DNA of 64,000 bases from a virus. The notes under the pieces are model-generated. The model was not told the DNA's origin and did no database searches. It worked only from the letters and a program-made list of their open reading frames with translations. The first letter of the stretch is position 1, and each line of letters starts with the position of its first letter. The stretch covers positions 4,273 to 68,272 of the IMG/VR virus record IMGVR_UViG_3300023184_000103. One strand, given 5' to 3'. Below, piece by piece: positions 18,691-28,518 of this stretch. A program made the translations under genes and the position numbers.

Positions 18691-20426
18691 TGGCTAGTCT
18701 ATTTACTGGGTCTCCACAAAGCGCCCCTTCTTATGCAACCTCGACGACTGAGACGCCGAAGTGGATGCAAGATGCGATCTATAACCAGATCCAGCTAGCG
18801 CAAAATATTGCAAACACGCCGTATCAAGGCTACACCTTACCGACTACTGCCGGTCTCTCACCGCTTCAGCAACAGGCTTACACAAATATTCAAGCCAACC
18901 AGGGGTCATGGTCGCCTCAGATGGCAGCTGCACAAACCGGCATGCAAAACATGACCGGGTCAAATGCAAGCTCTCAAGCTGGGCAAGCAGGGCTTAGCGC
19001 CCAATCTAACGTACTGAACGCGCTAAATAGCCGTTACATGGACGCTACAAATACCATCACCCCCTACGCGCAACAAGCGGCGGGGATGAGTGGACTGACT
19101 GCCGCACAGCCATACATGACAGACGCTTACATGAAGGCAGGCGAGGCTGGTAATATCAACACGGCAACCGGACTTCAGGCTGCTCAAAATCAATATTTGA
19201 ATCCTAACTTAGCAGCTTCAGCATCGGCAGCCGGACAGAGTCTTTACGGCCAAGCTGCTGGGATGGATGCCCTTGGCGCTGCTAGCCCATACTTGAACCA
19301 GTCTGGATCAGCAACCGCACAATCTTTGTCTGAGAGAGCGGCTGCAGCGGCTGACCCTTACATGAAGGCTGCAGCTCAAAGTTCTGCTCAGAATGTTGGT
19401 CAGTACATGAATCCGTACAACCAAAATGTTACTGATCAGATAGCAAAGTTAGGTGCACGCAACCTATCTGAAAATCTGCTACCTGCCGTATCAGATCAGT
19501 TTGTTCGTGCGGGGCAGTTTGGTGGTAACCGCATGGGTGAGTTTGGATCTAGGGCGCTGCGAGACACTCAAGAGTCCGTGCTTAACCAGCAAGCCCAAGC
19601 GTTGCAATCAGGTTATGGCCAAGCACTTGGTGCTTCACAGGCAGACCTTGCACGGCAAGCGCAATTGGCCGGAACAGCCGGATCTATTTCTGGTGCAGAT
19701 TTGTCACGCATTTTGCAAGGTGCTAGCCAGTACGGCAACTTGGGTCAAACTGCGGGTCAGTTAACGTCAACTCAAATGCAAAATCTTACCAACGTTGGCC
19801 AAGCGCAAACGGCGGCAGGACAAGCTCAGCAGCAGTTTGGACTCAGTTCAGCCCAAGCAGCCCAAGCAGCCCAAGCACAGGATGCAGCAAGGAAGTTGCA
19901 AGCATCTCAACAGATTGGCAACATCGGCCAAAACATTGCTGGCATGACGCAAGCTCAACAACAGGCGCTGCTTGCTAGTGGGCAAGCAATTTCTGGTGCT
20001 CAAGCACAAGCTATTTCTCAAGCTCAAGCAGGAGCTGCCCAGTATGGCCAGATGGGCGTCAATAATGCTAGCCTTGCTACAACAGATGCCGCACGGCAAA
20101 TGTCAGCGCTGAACCAAATGGCTAGCATGGCTCAACAACGCCAAGGCATGCAAACAGCAGATGCAGCAAGTTTAGAAGCCGCAGGAGCATCTCAGCAAGC
20201 GCAGCAACAGGCTCAGCTTAATGCCGCTTACCAACAGTTCCAGAATCAACAGCTTTATCCTAGGCAGCAAGCTGACTTTCTTAGCACGCAAATCCGAGGC
20301 ATGGCTCCGATTACGCCGCAAACAACAAACACCAGTGGCGCTACAACCACGTTTGCGCCATCACCGTTGTCACAACTTGCAACCGGCCTTTATACGTACA
20401 AAGGCTTAAATGCAGCAGGTCAATAA
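18687..20426 (+). CDS. Putative ejection (DNA transfer) protein, Gln/Ala-rich
   Basis: YMNPY...V, G.FGG.R motifs; helical Q/A composition; position after tail genes. Confidence 0.7.
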   Translation: MMASLFTGSPQSAPSYATSTTETPKWMQDAIYNQIQLAQNIANTPYQGYTLPTTAGLSPLQQQAYTNIQANQGSWSPQMAAAQTGMQNMTGSNASSQAGQAGLSAQSNVLNALNSRYMDATNTITPYAQQAAGMSGLTAAQPYMTDAYMKAGEAGNINTATGLQAAQNQYLNPNLAASASAAGQSLYGQAAGMDALGAASPYLNQSGSATAQSLSERAAAAADPYMKAAAQSSAQNVGQYMNPYNQNVTDQIAKLGARNLSENLLPAVSDQFVRAGQFGGNRMGEFGSRALRDTQESVLNQQAQALQSGYGQALGASQADLARQAQLAGTAGSISGADLSRILQGASQYGNLGQTAGQLTSTQMQNLTNVGQAQTAAGQAQQQFGLSSAQAAQAAQAQDAARKLQASQQIGNIGQNIAGMTQAQQQALLASGQAISGAQAQAISQAQAGAAQYGQMGVNNASLATTDAARQMSALNQMASMAQQRQGMQTADAASLEAAGASQQAQQQAQLNAAYQQFQNQQLYPRQQADFLSTQIRGMAPITPQTTNTSGATTTFAPSPLSQLATGLYTYKGLNAAGQ

Positions 20427-20446
20427 AACTATTTTAGGGACATACC

Positions 20447-23023
20447 ATGGGCTATGAACTTGATCGACTGATGCAGCAATATGGGGTTAGCACTCCGGTA
20501 CTTTCCTATTCTGGGATGCAAGCGCCGGTTAAACCGGCTGATTTATCAGCTACAGCTAGTACGATAGATAAGGCAAACTATGATGCCTTATTAGCCAAGT
20601 ACAATGCCGATTTGCCGTTGTACCAGTCTGATCAAGACAAATACAAGACGTATTCAGACGACTACAAAAATCGTTTGGCTACAACGTCTATGTATGACTC
20701 GCCGCAGTATCAAAAACTAGGCATGAGCAGCCCAGGCACCGGCTTGTACAGTGATCAATACTCTCAGATGTACCAAGATGTATTAGGCCGAGCACCTGAC
20801 CCTGCCGGCTTGGCTTATTGGAAAAGCAAGTTTGGCGACACAATCTCTCCGCAAGAGTACGCTGATTTTAGGCAGTCTGCACTTGGAGAAATAGCTAGCC
20901 GCACCCCAACTACTCTGCCTGTTACTACGGCACGAACGGTTCTGAATCAGCCTACCTATAGCACCCCAACACAAGCGGCTGCCCTTCAGACTGCTGCAAA
21001 CAATCCTGTTGTTACTACTCCTGTTGTAGTTGAACCTCCGGCTGGTGGAGAGAAACCTACTGTTACAACACCTGATTGGGATACAACAGACAAAATTGGC
21101 AAGATTGCGTCTAAATTGGGATTAACCACGATAGGGGGTTATCTGCAAGACCAAGCCTACCTAGGTAGCAGTGTTCCGGGTGGCGGAGTTGATCCGGCCA
21201 CAGGGCTGCAAGGTCAAGGTAATAAAGGTCAAACCGGCTTGTACGGTGATGCAGCTGCAGGTACTAATTTGAGTACTGGGCTTGCAACACCTAACGCTAT
21301 GACCGCTCCAATGTCTGAGGAGGGTGCTTATCTAGGCGTTCCAAGTGGTCCAGCAATTTTTGATTTTACCGGGCCAGACGTTAACCCAGAAGGTATTTCA
21401 GAAGCGGAAGCAGCGTTCAATGGACGCCCCGGGGGTGGGGGTGTGCCACAAGGCGATCCAAATGCCCCCGATCCTTTTGGTGGTACTGCGCCGGGATGGG
21501 GGGGTTCAGATAATGGTAGTAATGATGGCGGTAATTATGGCGGCAACGGCAGTGGCTATATGGCCAAAGGCGGTTACATCGGTCACTATGCCAAAGGCGG
21601 TTACATAAAAGGCTATGAGGGTGGTGGCCCAGTTGATTCTCGGCTTTATGGGGAGACTGATGAAGTTGCAACTGGCCCTGGCTATTCAGTCCCTCCGATA
21701 GATCCTCGCTTGCAAAGTTTAGCTAGCAAATATCAAGAGCCCGGTTTCCAACCTAGCTTTGCTTCAGGCAGCGTTGATCCTGGCCAGTCTCAAATGGACA
21801 TGATCAGGGCGGATGCACTTCAAAATGGGCTTGGTGCTCCGGTAATAAACATCAGCGCTGATAAGCCAGCAATGAGTCCAAACATGGCCGCGCTGCAACA
21901 GATGCTAATGGCCAACCAATCCCAAGCATCTCCCTATGCAGTCGAACTGCGTTCTGCTATGGCTGCGGCAAATAGCCGGACGCTTGCGTTTAACAAAATG
22001 CTGCAGGATGCAATCAAAGGTCAAGAAGACAGTCGCCCGTCAAAAGCTGAAACGTACTTCCGTCTTGCCGCTGCGTTTGGCGCACCTACAAAGACCGGGC
22101 ATTTTGCTGAGGGTTTGGCCGAAGCAAATAAGAGCATGGCTGAGCAATCCAAAGAGACACGTCTGTCAAACAAAGCGGATCAAGCACTCAGGCTGCAACT
22201 TGGCTTAGAAGGTGCTAAAGCAGGAATGGCTGCAGCAAGAGAAGATGTCAACGCGCTGCGAGCATTGACAGGCGAAGAGATGAGGGATAAAGCAGCTTAT
22301 CAACGTGAGTTGATTAAGGAATATTTCAAATCCGGCGAAGCCCAGTCATCTGCAGGGAAGCGAGCGATTGATGAAGGGTTTGTACAAGGTTCGCCTGAGT
22401 TTCAAGCTCGCGTGACAACCATCTCCGACGAAGAGTTTAAGAAGCTGACTGCTGGGGTTGATGCCTCCGTTGCTGCTGCTCAAGCGACTATGGCTAGTAT
22501 TGCTAAGGGTGACGCAGCTGCACAACTTGCTAGAGAAAAGTTTGAGCAGCAACAAAAGAACGCCGCCAAACTTACAGCCCCTGAGATGAAACTCAAGGTT
22601 GATGCTGAAGATATGATTGGGCAGACTGAGCAAGCTATGGCTAACTTGCGTCGTGCATTTGCTCTCAACCCAAATACTTTTGATACATCGGTCATTGACA
22701 GCGTACAACGGAAAGCTCTTGAGGCTGCTGGTAGTAAAGACCCGAAAGTTATAGCTACGCGAGAGCTAGAAAACATTCTTGAGAGGGCAGCGCTCTCAGC
22801 TCTTAAAGCTACATTCCCAGGTGCAATCTCTGATGGTGAGCGCAAGGCTCTGATGAATACTGTGGGCTTGGGTTCAAAGAGCATAGAAGAACGTGGCAAG
22901 ATTATGATGAGTGGCTATGAAGCACTTAAGTCTGTCAAAGAACGAGCTAAGGCACGTCTCAAGCGTATAAATGAAGGTGGTTACCGAGATACCACCCCAT
23001 CAATCACAGGGGAGATTGAATAA
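20447..23023 (+). CDS. Putative ejection/internal virion protein
   Basis: 858 aa; DUF4214-like YQDVLGRAPDPAGLAYW; low-complexity middle; FPGAISDGER C-terminal motif. Confidence 0.65.
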   Translation: MGYELDRLMQQYGVSTPVLSYSGMQAPVKPADLSATASTIDKANYDALLAKYNADLPLYQSDQDKYKTYSDDYKNRLATTSMYDSPQYQKLGMSSPGTGLYSDQYSQMYQDVLGRAPDPAGLAYWKSKFGDTISPQEYADFRQSALGEIASRTPTTLPVTTARTVLNQPTYSTPTQAAALQTAANNPVVTTPVVVEPPAGGEKPTVTTPDWDTTDKIGKIASKLGLTTIGGYLQDQAYLGSSVPGGGVDPATGLQGQGNKGQTGLYGDAAAGTNLSTGLATPNAMTAPMSEEGAYLGVPSGPAIFDFTGPDVNPEGISEAEAAFNGRPGGGGVPQGDPNAPDPFGGTAPGWGGSDNGSNDGGNYGGNGSGYMAKGGYIGHYAKGGYIKGYEGGGPVDSRLYGETDEVATGPGYSVPPIDPRLQSLASKYQEPGFQPSFASGSVDPGQSQMDMIRADALQNGLGAPVINISADKPAMSPNMAALQQMLMANQSQASPYAVELRSAMAAANSRTLAFNKMLQDAIKGQEDSRPSKAETYFRLAAAFGAPTKTGHFAEGLAEANKSMAEQSKETRLSNKADQALRLQLGLEGAKAGMAAAREDVNALRALTGEEMRDKAAYQRELIKEYFKSGEAQSSAGKRAIDEGFVQGSPEFQARVTTISDEEFKKLTAGVDASVAAAQATMASIAKGDAAAQLAREKFEQQQKNAAKLTAPEMKLKVDAEDMIGQTEQAMANLRRAFALNPNTFDTSVIDSVQRKALEAAGSKDPKVIATRELENILERAALSALKATFPGAISDGERKALMNTVGLGSKSIEERGKIMMSGYEALKSVKERAKARLKRINEGGYRDTTPSITGEIE

Positions 23024-25002
23024 TGGCTGATAAAGTTGACCCCTACCTCAACACTGCCCGTGCGGTGTTGGGTCAAGGTCTTGGCATGGGCTGGGGCGAT
23101 GAGGCTGAGGCTTGGCTGAGGTCAAAGCTAGGCAATGAGTCTTATGAAACCTTGTTGCCAAAAATACGTAGTGAGTACGGCCAGTACGCTAAGCAGTATC
23201 CCATCACCCAAGGTGTGTCTGAGTTCGTTGGCGGCGCTGCACCGGGTGTAGCTATGATGTTTGTGCCTGGTATGCAACCGGCAGGCTTAGCACGACTAGG
23301 CGCATTGGGTGCAGCAAGTGGAGCTATATCAGGCGCTGGCTCAGCTACCGAAGGCGACCGAATGAGTGGTGCAGGCGGTGGGGCATTAATTGGAGGTGGG
23401 CTAGGTGTTAGTCTACCTTTAGCCTTACGCGGTACTGGTGGTGCTGCTAAATGGCTTCAGGAGCGTCTTTTCTCAACCCCCAAAGTTGTGCAAGACCGGG
23501 CATTAGAAAAGATGACAGACGCTATGCGTCAAGCCAAAGTTAATCCTCAAGATGTTGCGGCAAAGATGGCACAAGACCGGGCGATGGGCGTACCGTCGGT
23601 TGTGGCCAATGCGAACCCCGCTTTTAGAGATCTAGCTGAAGCAGTTGCTCAACGTGCTGGTGCGGGTAGTAATGTAATTGAAAAGAATTTGACAGCCCAA
23701 AGACTAGGTGCAAGAGACCGTGTTCAAGCCCAAACAACAGCCGCGCTAAAGCCGGTTGACTATTACGGCCTGGAAGACAATCTGACTGAACAACTAAGAA
23801 ATAATGCAAAAGGTCTGTACGAAAAGGCATATGCTCACGGTGACGTTGATGACCCTAGGATTGTTGAGGTGCTTAAAAACCCGCAATTTAAGGCGTTCTT
23901 TGACAAGGCTCGGGCTATAGCTGACACAGAAGCTCAGACAGCAAAACTCAAAGGTGAAGATCCACTGAAGTTTGCATTGCCTGAGATTTATAAACCGTCT
24001 GGTCGATTTGATGCCAATGGCACCGAGATATTGGATCTAGTCAAGCTGCCTGATGTACGGACACTAGACTACATCAAGCGTGGTATTGATGCCACCATTG
24101 ACTCCGGGTTCCGTGGCAAAGGCATGAGCACAGCAGAAGCTTCAGCGCTCAGAGATTTGCGCAAGCAATTTGTCAATGCGATTGATGAAAACGTACCTGC
24201 CTATAAATCTGCCCGGCAAACATACGCCGGCGACTTGGAAACTTTGGATGCCTTGCGTATGGGCAGAGATGAGTTTAAGAATCTTGACCATGAGCAAGTC
24301 AAAAAGATGGTTGATGCAATGGGAACAGGCGAAAAAGATGCATTTAGGACTGGCGTTGCACGCAGCATTTATGACACTATCATGGTGCCGTCTAACAATC
24401 CAAATACGGCGCAACGTGTCATTGGCTCTCCAGATATGCAAAAGAAATTAGCAACGCTGTTTGACAATCCAGCCGATTTTGAACTATATAAGGCTGCGCT
24501 AATGCGTGAGTCACAGTTGTTTGGAGAATCAAACAAAATTCTAGGTAATTCGGCAACCGCTAGACGTACTGAACTTGGCAAGTCTTTAGACGAAGACACT
24601 GGGATGATTGAAAGTGCAGCAAAAGCAGCCACAGGAAACTTTAGCGGTGCGTTGAGTAACCTAGTTATGGGTGCAATCAGATCTGGCCAGATGTCTAAAG
24701 CACGTGCTGAAAAAATGGCTGAGATGCTGATGGCTAAAGACCCGCATGAAGTAGCTGCAGCCGTACAAATGATTGAAGACTACGCAACCAAGCAAGCGCC
24801 TAGGCAGTTCAAGGCTACACTAGGTGAAGCTGGCACTGTGACGGGCACAACTAGCGCAATCTATCCAGCACCCGCAGCCACTGAATTTGACATGACTTCA
24901 CCGACTACTGACATTGAGCAAGCGCTGCAAAATCGTAGTGAGAACCCAATTCAAGGGCCAGACATTGAAGAAGCATTGAGGAACCGCGACAAAGTAAAGT
25001 AA
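23023..25002 (+). CDS. Putative ejection/internal virion protein
   Basis: GQGL.MGWGDE.EA start, glycine-zipper, LDYIKRGID, GNSATARR; last gene before terminator. Confidence 0.65.
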   Translation: MADKVDPYLNTARAVLGQGLGMGWGDEAEAWLRSKLGNESYETLLPKIRSEYGQYAKQYPITQGVSEFVGGAAPGVAMMFVPGMQPAGLARLGALGAASGAISGAGSATEGDRMSGAGGGALIGGGLGVSLPLALRGTGGAAKWLQERLFSTPKVVQDRALEKMTDAMRQAKVNPQDVAAKMAQDRAMGVPSVVANANPAFRDLAEAVAQRAGAGSNVIEKNLTAQRLGARDRVQAQTTAALKPVDYYGLEDNLTEQLRNNAKGLYEKAYAHGDVDDPRIVEVLKNPQFKAFFDKARAIADTEAQTAKLKGEDPLKFALPEIYKPSGRFDANGTEILDLVKLPDVRTLDYIKRGIDATIDSGFRGKGMSTAEASALRDLRKQFVNAIDENVPAYKSARQTYAGDLETLDALRMGRDEFKNLDHEQVKKMVDAMGTGEKDAFRTGVARSIYDTIMVPSNNPNTAQRVIGSPDMQKKLATLFDNPADFELYKAALMRESQLFGESNKILGNSATARRTELGKSLDEDTGMIESAAKAATGNFSGALSNLVMGAIRSGQMSKARAEKMAEMLMAKDPHEVAAAVQMIEDYATKQAPRQFKATLGEAGTVTGTTSAIYPAPAATEFDMTSPTTDIEQALQNRSENPIQGPDIEEALRNRDKVK

Positions 25003-25018
25003 AATATTGACGCAGTTG

Positions 25019-25204
25019 TCAATTTTCTACCCCGCTTTGGCGGGGTTCTTTTATGAGCGTTCGGTAAGCCGCAATGGCATCTTTGAGGTCACCTCTTAAC
25101 TGTTCAATTTGATCTTGTTGGACCTGTAACTGCAGGTAAGCGTCCAAAGCAAACTTGTCCAGTGTTGTCCGTTCCCAGGCTGCAAAATTCGGCAGATCGT
25201 TCAA
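25019..25204 (-). CDS. Hypothetical protein
   Basis: DLPNFAAW...L.KFA.DAY..L coiled coil; last gene of minus-strand block. Confidence 0.55.
   Translation of the reverse strand: MNDLPNFAAWERTTLDKFALDAYLQLQVQQDQIEQLRGDLKDAIAAYRTLIKEPRQSGVEN
25029..25052 (+). terminator. Intrinsic terminator at convergence of the two transcription blocks
   Basis: accccgc-tttg-gcggggt stem followed by tctttt. Confidence 0.75.
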
Positions 25205-25388
25205 TTTGATTCCTCATCCATTGTGGCCCCAGCCGCATCAGTGCAATGCGCTGGCTTTGTGTTACTTTGATCGAGTAGACCACTGCCAGTGGTTCACCCA
25301 CCCGCTTTGCTTTGGCAATGCGCTTGTCTCTCATATTGTACTTTTGCTCATGCATGATGCGTTCAAAGTCCTCATCATCTTTTACCAC
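25104..25388 (-). CDS. Hypothetical protein, possibly ribbon-helix-helix-like
   Basis: VYSIKVTQSQR..LMRLG.QWMRNQIE; true end uncertain because it overlaps the next ORF. Confidence 0.45.
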   Translation of the reverse strand: MVKDDEDFERIMHEQKYNMRDKRIAKAKRVGEPLAVVYSIKVTQSQRIALMRLGPQWMRNQIERSAEFCSLGTDNTGQVCFGRLPAVTGPTRSN

Positions 25389-25477
25389 GGTGCGTCCTCG
25401 TGATTGGCTGGATTGAAAGGGATGGGCTTGTTTGGCTGCGGCTTTGGCAACTCGGTAGGAAAGGGCCAGTTATCCAT
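25382..25477 (-). CDS. 31-aa Pro-rich micro-protein (not in ORF track)
   Basis: MDNWPFPTELPKPQPNKPIPFNPANHEDAPW; AAGGA RBS; paralog at 28754..28846. Confidence 0.7.
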   Translation of the reverse strand: MDNWPFPTELPKPQPNKPIPFNPANHEDAPW

Positions 25478-25778
25478 TGCGTTCCTTCAAGACGGCTGAA
25501 ACTTCTTTGTAAAAGCCGGTGCTGTCAAATGTTTTAGCGACCAAATTGGTGTCCGTCATTTTGTCGTACCCTGCATTGACCAGCTTGCTGTGCTTCTTTA
25601 TGTAAAACTGTACCTCCTCCTCTGTCAGCCCTACCCACGGGCGTTGTGCTGGCAGGGATGGTGTGATTACCCTCCCCTTCATTTCCACAAGCAGCTTCTC
25701 AATTTCTTCAATGGAAAACCAACCTTCAAGAAGAAAGCGGTCTACGCCGTAAGTTTTTTCTGTGTATTCAGTATCCAT
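25470..25778 (-). CDS. Mosaic hypothetical protein (RPWVGL family)
   Basis: AQRPWVGLTEEE motif, ends LKERNG; AGGAG RBS. Confidence 0.65.
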   Translation of the reverse strand: MDTEYTEKTYGVDRFLLEGWFSIEEIEKLLVEMKGRVITPSLPAQRPWVGLTEEEVQFYIKKHSKLVNAGYDKMTDTNLVAKTFDSTGFYKEVSAVLKERNG

Positions 25779-26217
25779 TGCGCTCCTTTAGTTTGGCTTC
25801 AACGGCTCGGGTTTGCGCTTGGTAATCAGAGTTGTATGAGTCCTGCACCTCTTCAATCTCCAGCCCTACCCACGGGCGCTGTGCTGCTTTCCACTGAGCA
25901 ACAAAAGCAATGGCGTCCAGCCCGTACTCAGCTAAGATGTTCTTAATTAATTCCCATTCGGCGGGTGGCTGTGCTGCGGTGACATAGCCAAACAATTCCA
26001 AAAACTCAGGCACCGTATATGTCCCCCGCGACCCATCGTCAAAGGTAATGTCTGGCGATCCACCAGCGGTCAGCGACACAACCTCCCCAAGACTTTCGTC
26101 TTCTAGGCAGATAATTTTGTCGCCCACTTTTGGCATACGCATTGACACCGGCTCCTGCTCTTGCTGCTCCAGTGCTTTGCGTAGGGCTGCTATCAAATTG
26201 TCAGTATGTTGAATCAT
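25768..26217 (-). CDS. Mosaic hypothetical protein (QEPV/RPWVGL family)
   Basis: ALEQQEQEPV and AAQRPWVGL motifs, ends LKERNGY. Confidence 0.65.
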   Translation of the reverse strand: MIQHTDNLIAALRKALEQQEQEPVSMRMPKVGDKIICLEDESLGEVVSLTAGGSPDITFDDGSRGTYTVPEFLELFGYVTAAQPPAEWELIKNILAEYGLDAIAFVAQWKAAQRPWVGLEIEEVQDSYNSDYQAQTRAVEAKLKERNGY

Positions 26218-26578
26218 TTTTCTTCCTTAAGATAATTTGGGCTTTGTACATTCCTGAATGAAACGCCAGCTTTAGCCGAGTATCAAATTCAGCAGACGCT
26301 ATTGCAACTTCTTCATCTGTCAGCCCTACCCACGGGCGCTGTGCTGCTTCCCATTTAACGTAGAGGGGCATTGGCGGCACATCAACAATAGTTGGTGCTG
26401 AAATGTGCGTAGGCATTGCCCAGTAAAAGCCCTTATGTGGGTGGTAATACGCCACCGGCTCCTGCTCTGGCTGCTCCAGCGCTTTTATCAGCATATTTGC
26501 TGCTAACTGCTGATGGTATGGATTGCCACTATCCAGCAAAATAAGCGCCTGCTGCGCGGCTTGTCTTAAGTCACTCAT
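26201..26578 (-). CDS. Mosaic hypothetical protein (QEPV/RPWVGL family)
   Basis: Likely start MSDLRQAAQQAL at 26578; ALEQPEQEPVA and AAQRPWVGLTDEE. Confidence 0.65.
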   Translation of the reverse strand: MSDLRQAAQQALILLDSGNPYHQQLAANMLIKALEQPEQEPVAYYHPHKGFYWAMPTHISAPTIVDVPPMPLYVKWEAAQRPWVGLTDEEVAIASAEFDTRLKLAFHSGMYKAQIILRKKNDSTY

Positions 26579-26784
26579 GCTGCTTTCCTGCCGCAGGTAC
26601 ATACGTGGTCGCTCAGTTTGCCGAGATAGAAAGTCACTTTGCCACCACACTCCTTGGTGTATGTGTGCTGCGTAATTTTTGTCCATTTGCATTTCAAAGT
26701 GCCATACTCTGCGATGTAGCCTTGTGCATCGTCATCGTCCAGCTTGGCTTGAGCCATCTGGCGCTTTGATTTAAATCCTGTCAT
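26575..26784 (-). CDS. Hypothetical protein
   Basis: MTGFKSKRQMAQ; several Cys; coupled overlaps on both sides. Confidence 0.55.
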   Translation of the reverse strand: MTGFKSKRQMAQAKLDDDDAQGYIAEYGTLKCKWTKITQHTYTKECGGKVTFYLGKLSDHVCTCGRKAA

Positions 26785-27452
26785 GGTGCATCCTTCAATT
26801 CGTAGTCTTTAAACACCGTCCCCTTGCTGGCATTGCCCCGCCAACATTCCTTGACCCAGCCCCGTTTGCCAGACTTGTATGTACGCCAGTGGCCTCTGGC
26901 CTGATGCCTGCGTGGGCTTGCGTGTGTTCCACCGCGAGACTCTGCCTGCGGCTTGGGCGGCTCAATGACTATTGTGTGCCAGTCGTACAAAGGCCTCAAT
27001 CCATGCTTGGCTCTGCTTACGTTGGCCTTGTGTGGTGTTGGGATGTAAGCCTCTACGGGCATATCCAACGATGCGTAAAACATAGCCACAATCGCGCACA
27101 TCATTGACTGGTCTTGCGGGTCAATTGGTTTGTCTACCGGTCCAACTTTTGGCTCCCCGTTATCTTCAGCAAAAAGAAAAGTCCCAAGGGTTTTGTACCC
27201 CGTTGGTTTCATGATCCAACCCGTCACAATGGTTGCCGCTGGTTCAGCCAACACTGACAGCATAAAGTCACCCTGCGCTGTCTTGCCGCACAACATCATG
27301 TTTTTGTAAGGCGCTGGGTGGAGCAAGTATTTGCGTTGGTCATAGCCAATGTATTCCTTGATTGCTCCGGTTACGTCAAACCATTGCATCTGAGTTGGGT
27401 CAAGATCAGCCACCGATACCATCTTGATCATTTCTTTGACTAGCGGTGTCAT
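26781..27452 (-). CDS. Conserved phage protein
   Basis: 223 aa, C-terminal GTHASPRRH..RGHWR.....K..WVK..W.G motif. Confidence 0.75.
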   Translation of the reverse strand: MTPLVKEMIKMVSVADLDPTQMQWFDVTGAIKEYIGYDQRKYLLHPAPYKNMMLCGKTAQGDFMLSVLAEPAATIVTGWIMKPTGYKTLGTFLFAEDNGEPKVGPVDKPIDPQDQSMMCAIVAMFYASLDMPVEAYIPTPHKANVSRAKHGLRPLYDWHTIVIEPPKPQAESRGGTHASPRRHQARGHWRTYKSGKRGWVKECWRGNASKGTVFKDYELKDAP

Positions 27453-27574
27453 TGCGGCTTCTCCTCGTCTCCAAAGTCCATATCAACAGGGTGCGGCACA
27501 TCGTCATGCACGATAACGCCATGCTCATCTTCCGGTAAAAACTTACCGCATACTACGCAGTAATATCCTGTCAT
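27449..27574 (-). CDS. 41-aa CxxC micro-protein (not in ORF track)
   Basis: MTGYYCVVCGKFLPEDEHGVIVHDDVPHP...; fills the gap with overlaps at both ends. Confidence 0.55.
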   Translation of the reverse strand: MTGYYCVVCGKFLPEDEHGVIVHDDVPHPVDMDFGDEEKPQ

Positions 27575-27900
27575 CACATCCCCTCATCGGCCAAGCATTC
27601 GGCCAAGATTAAGTAAAAAAGTGGGTAGTCAGGCTCACCATGAAATTTAACTGAAAAATCATCCGCAGCGGCATGGGCAACTCGATGCTGCCAGCTAAGA
27701 TTCCACCCATGATCTTCAGCCATCTCCCGCAGCGCCGTGCTGATCGGGCCATAGGCCAAGTGAGCGTCATCCGGGTGGATGCGGTAGTGGCGCATAGTGT
27801 CAATAAAAAGAAATTGGTTGTCTGTTTGCCACACGACAGAATCATTCCATTTTGTCTGTATCCTCGCTCCACGGGCGGCAGCGTGTAGTAGTCGGCTCAT
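27574..27900 (-). CDS. Hypothetical protein
   Basis: Likely start MSRLLHAAARGARIQ (ATGA overlap with upstream gene); YRIHPDD. Confidence 0.6.
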   Translation of the reverse strand: MSRLLHAAARGARIQTKWNDSVVWQTDNQFLFIDTMRHYRIHPDDAHLAYGPISTALREMAEDHGWNLSWQHRVAHAAADDFSVKFHGEPDYPLFYLILAECLADEGM

Positions 27901-28175
27901 GTGTTTCCCCTTGCTCTGATGGCGGCTTGCAACGCGCAGAAGGCATCGTGGGCTTTGCGTGTTGTTTCCATGTGCTTGTTGGTGGCACAGTGAATTGACC
28001 ACCACTTTTTAGCAGCCTCACCCACCACCTCCGCACACTCCTCACGCTCGGCAGCGGAAACAAGGGTGGCAAATTTCTCTGCGTACTCAAAGCCAACAAT
28101 GGGCATCCAGTTCACATCGGTTGCCAGATGCAACCCAGCCTCATGCGCCATGCGGATAACGTCGTCTTTGGTCAT
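27897..28175 (-). CDS. Hypothetical protein
   Basis: MTKDDVIRMA.EAG...AEREECA...AIRARG pattern common in small phage genes. Confidence 0.7.
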   Translation of the reverse strand: MTKDDVIRMAHEAGLHLATDVNWMPIVGFEYAEKFATLVSAAEREECAEVVGEAAKKWWSIHCATNKHMETTRKAHDAFCALQAAIRARGNT

Positions 28176-28291
28176 GTTAAGTACCCCGCAAAAAAGAACA
28201 GCGCAGCAATAGCAAGCAGCGCGAGGACAATGGCGATGGCGGTGTCAAGCCAGCCGTAGGCAAATAAATCTTCTACTTCATCGTCTTTCAT
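28172..28291 (-). CDS. 39-aa membrane micro-protein (not in ORF track)
   Basis: MKDDEVEDLFAYGWLDTAIAIVLALLAIAALFFFAGYLT; AAGGAG RBS. Confidence 0.6.
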   Translation of the reverse strand: MKDDEVEDLFAYGWLDTAIAIVLALLAIAALFFFAGYLT

Positions 28292-28518
28292 TTGGCTTCT
28301 CCTTTAGCTATAGCTGCACGGGCAATCATGTTGCCCTCACTGTTGCCGTAGTGGTCGCCGTTCCCCAGCCGTGCCAGCTTCTCCAACGCCTCCAGCAGTT
28401 CAGTGTTTACCTCATGGAGTCGGCGCAGTTCGGCGGCTGCTCTCCGTGTTGGCACTTCCATGCTGGCGTCGTTCCACTCCATCCAATCAGCCAGCCGCAA
28501 GGCTTCTGGTTGTGTCAT
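28288..28518 (-). CDS. Hypothetical protein
   Basis: MTQPEALRLAD...AAAELRRLH...ELLEAL...ARAAIAK. Confidence 0.7.
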   Translation of the reverse strand: MTQPEALRLADWMEWNDASMEVPTRRAAAELRRLHEVNTELLEALEKLARLGNGDHYGNSEGNMIARAAIAKGEAK

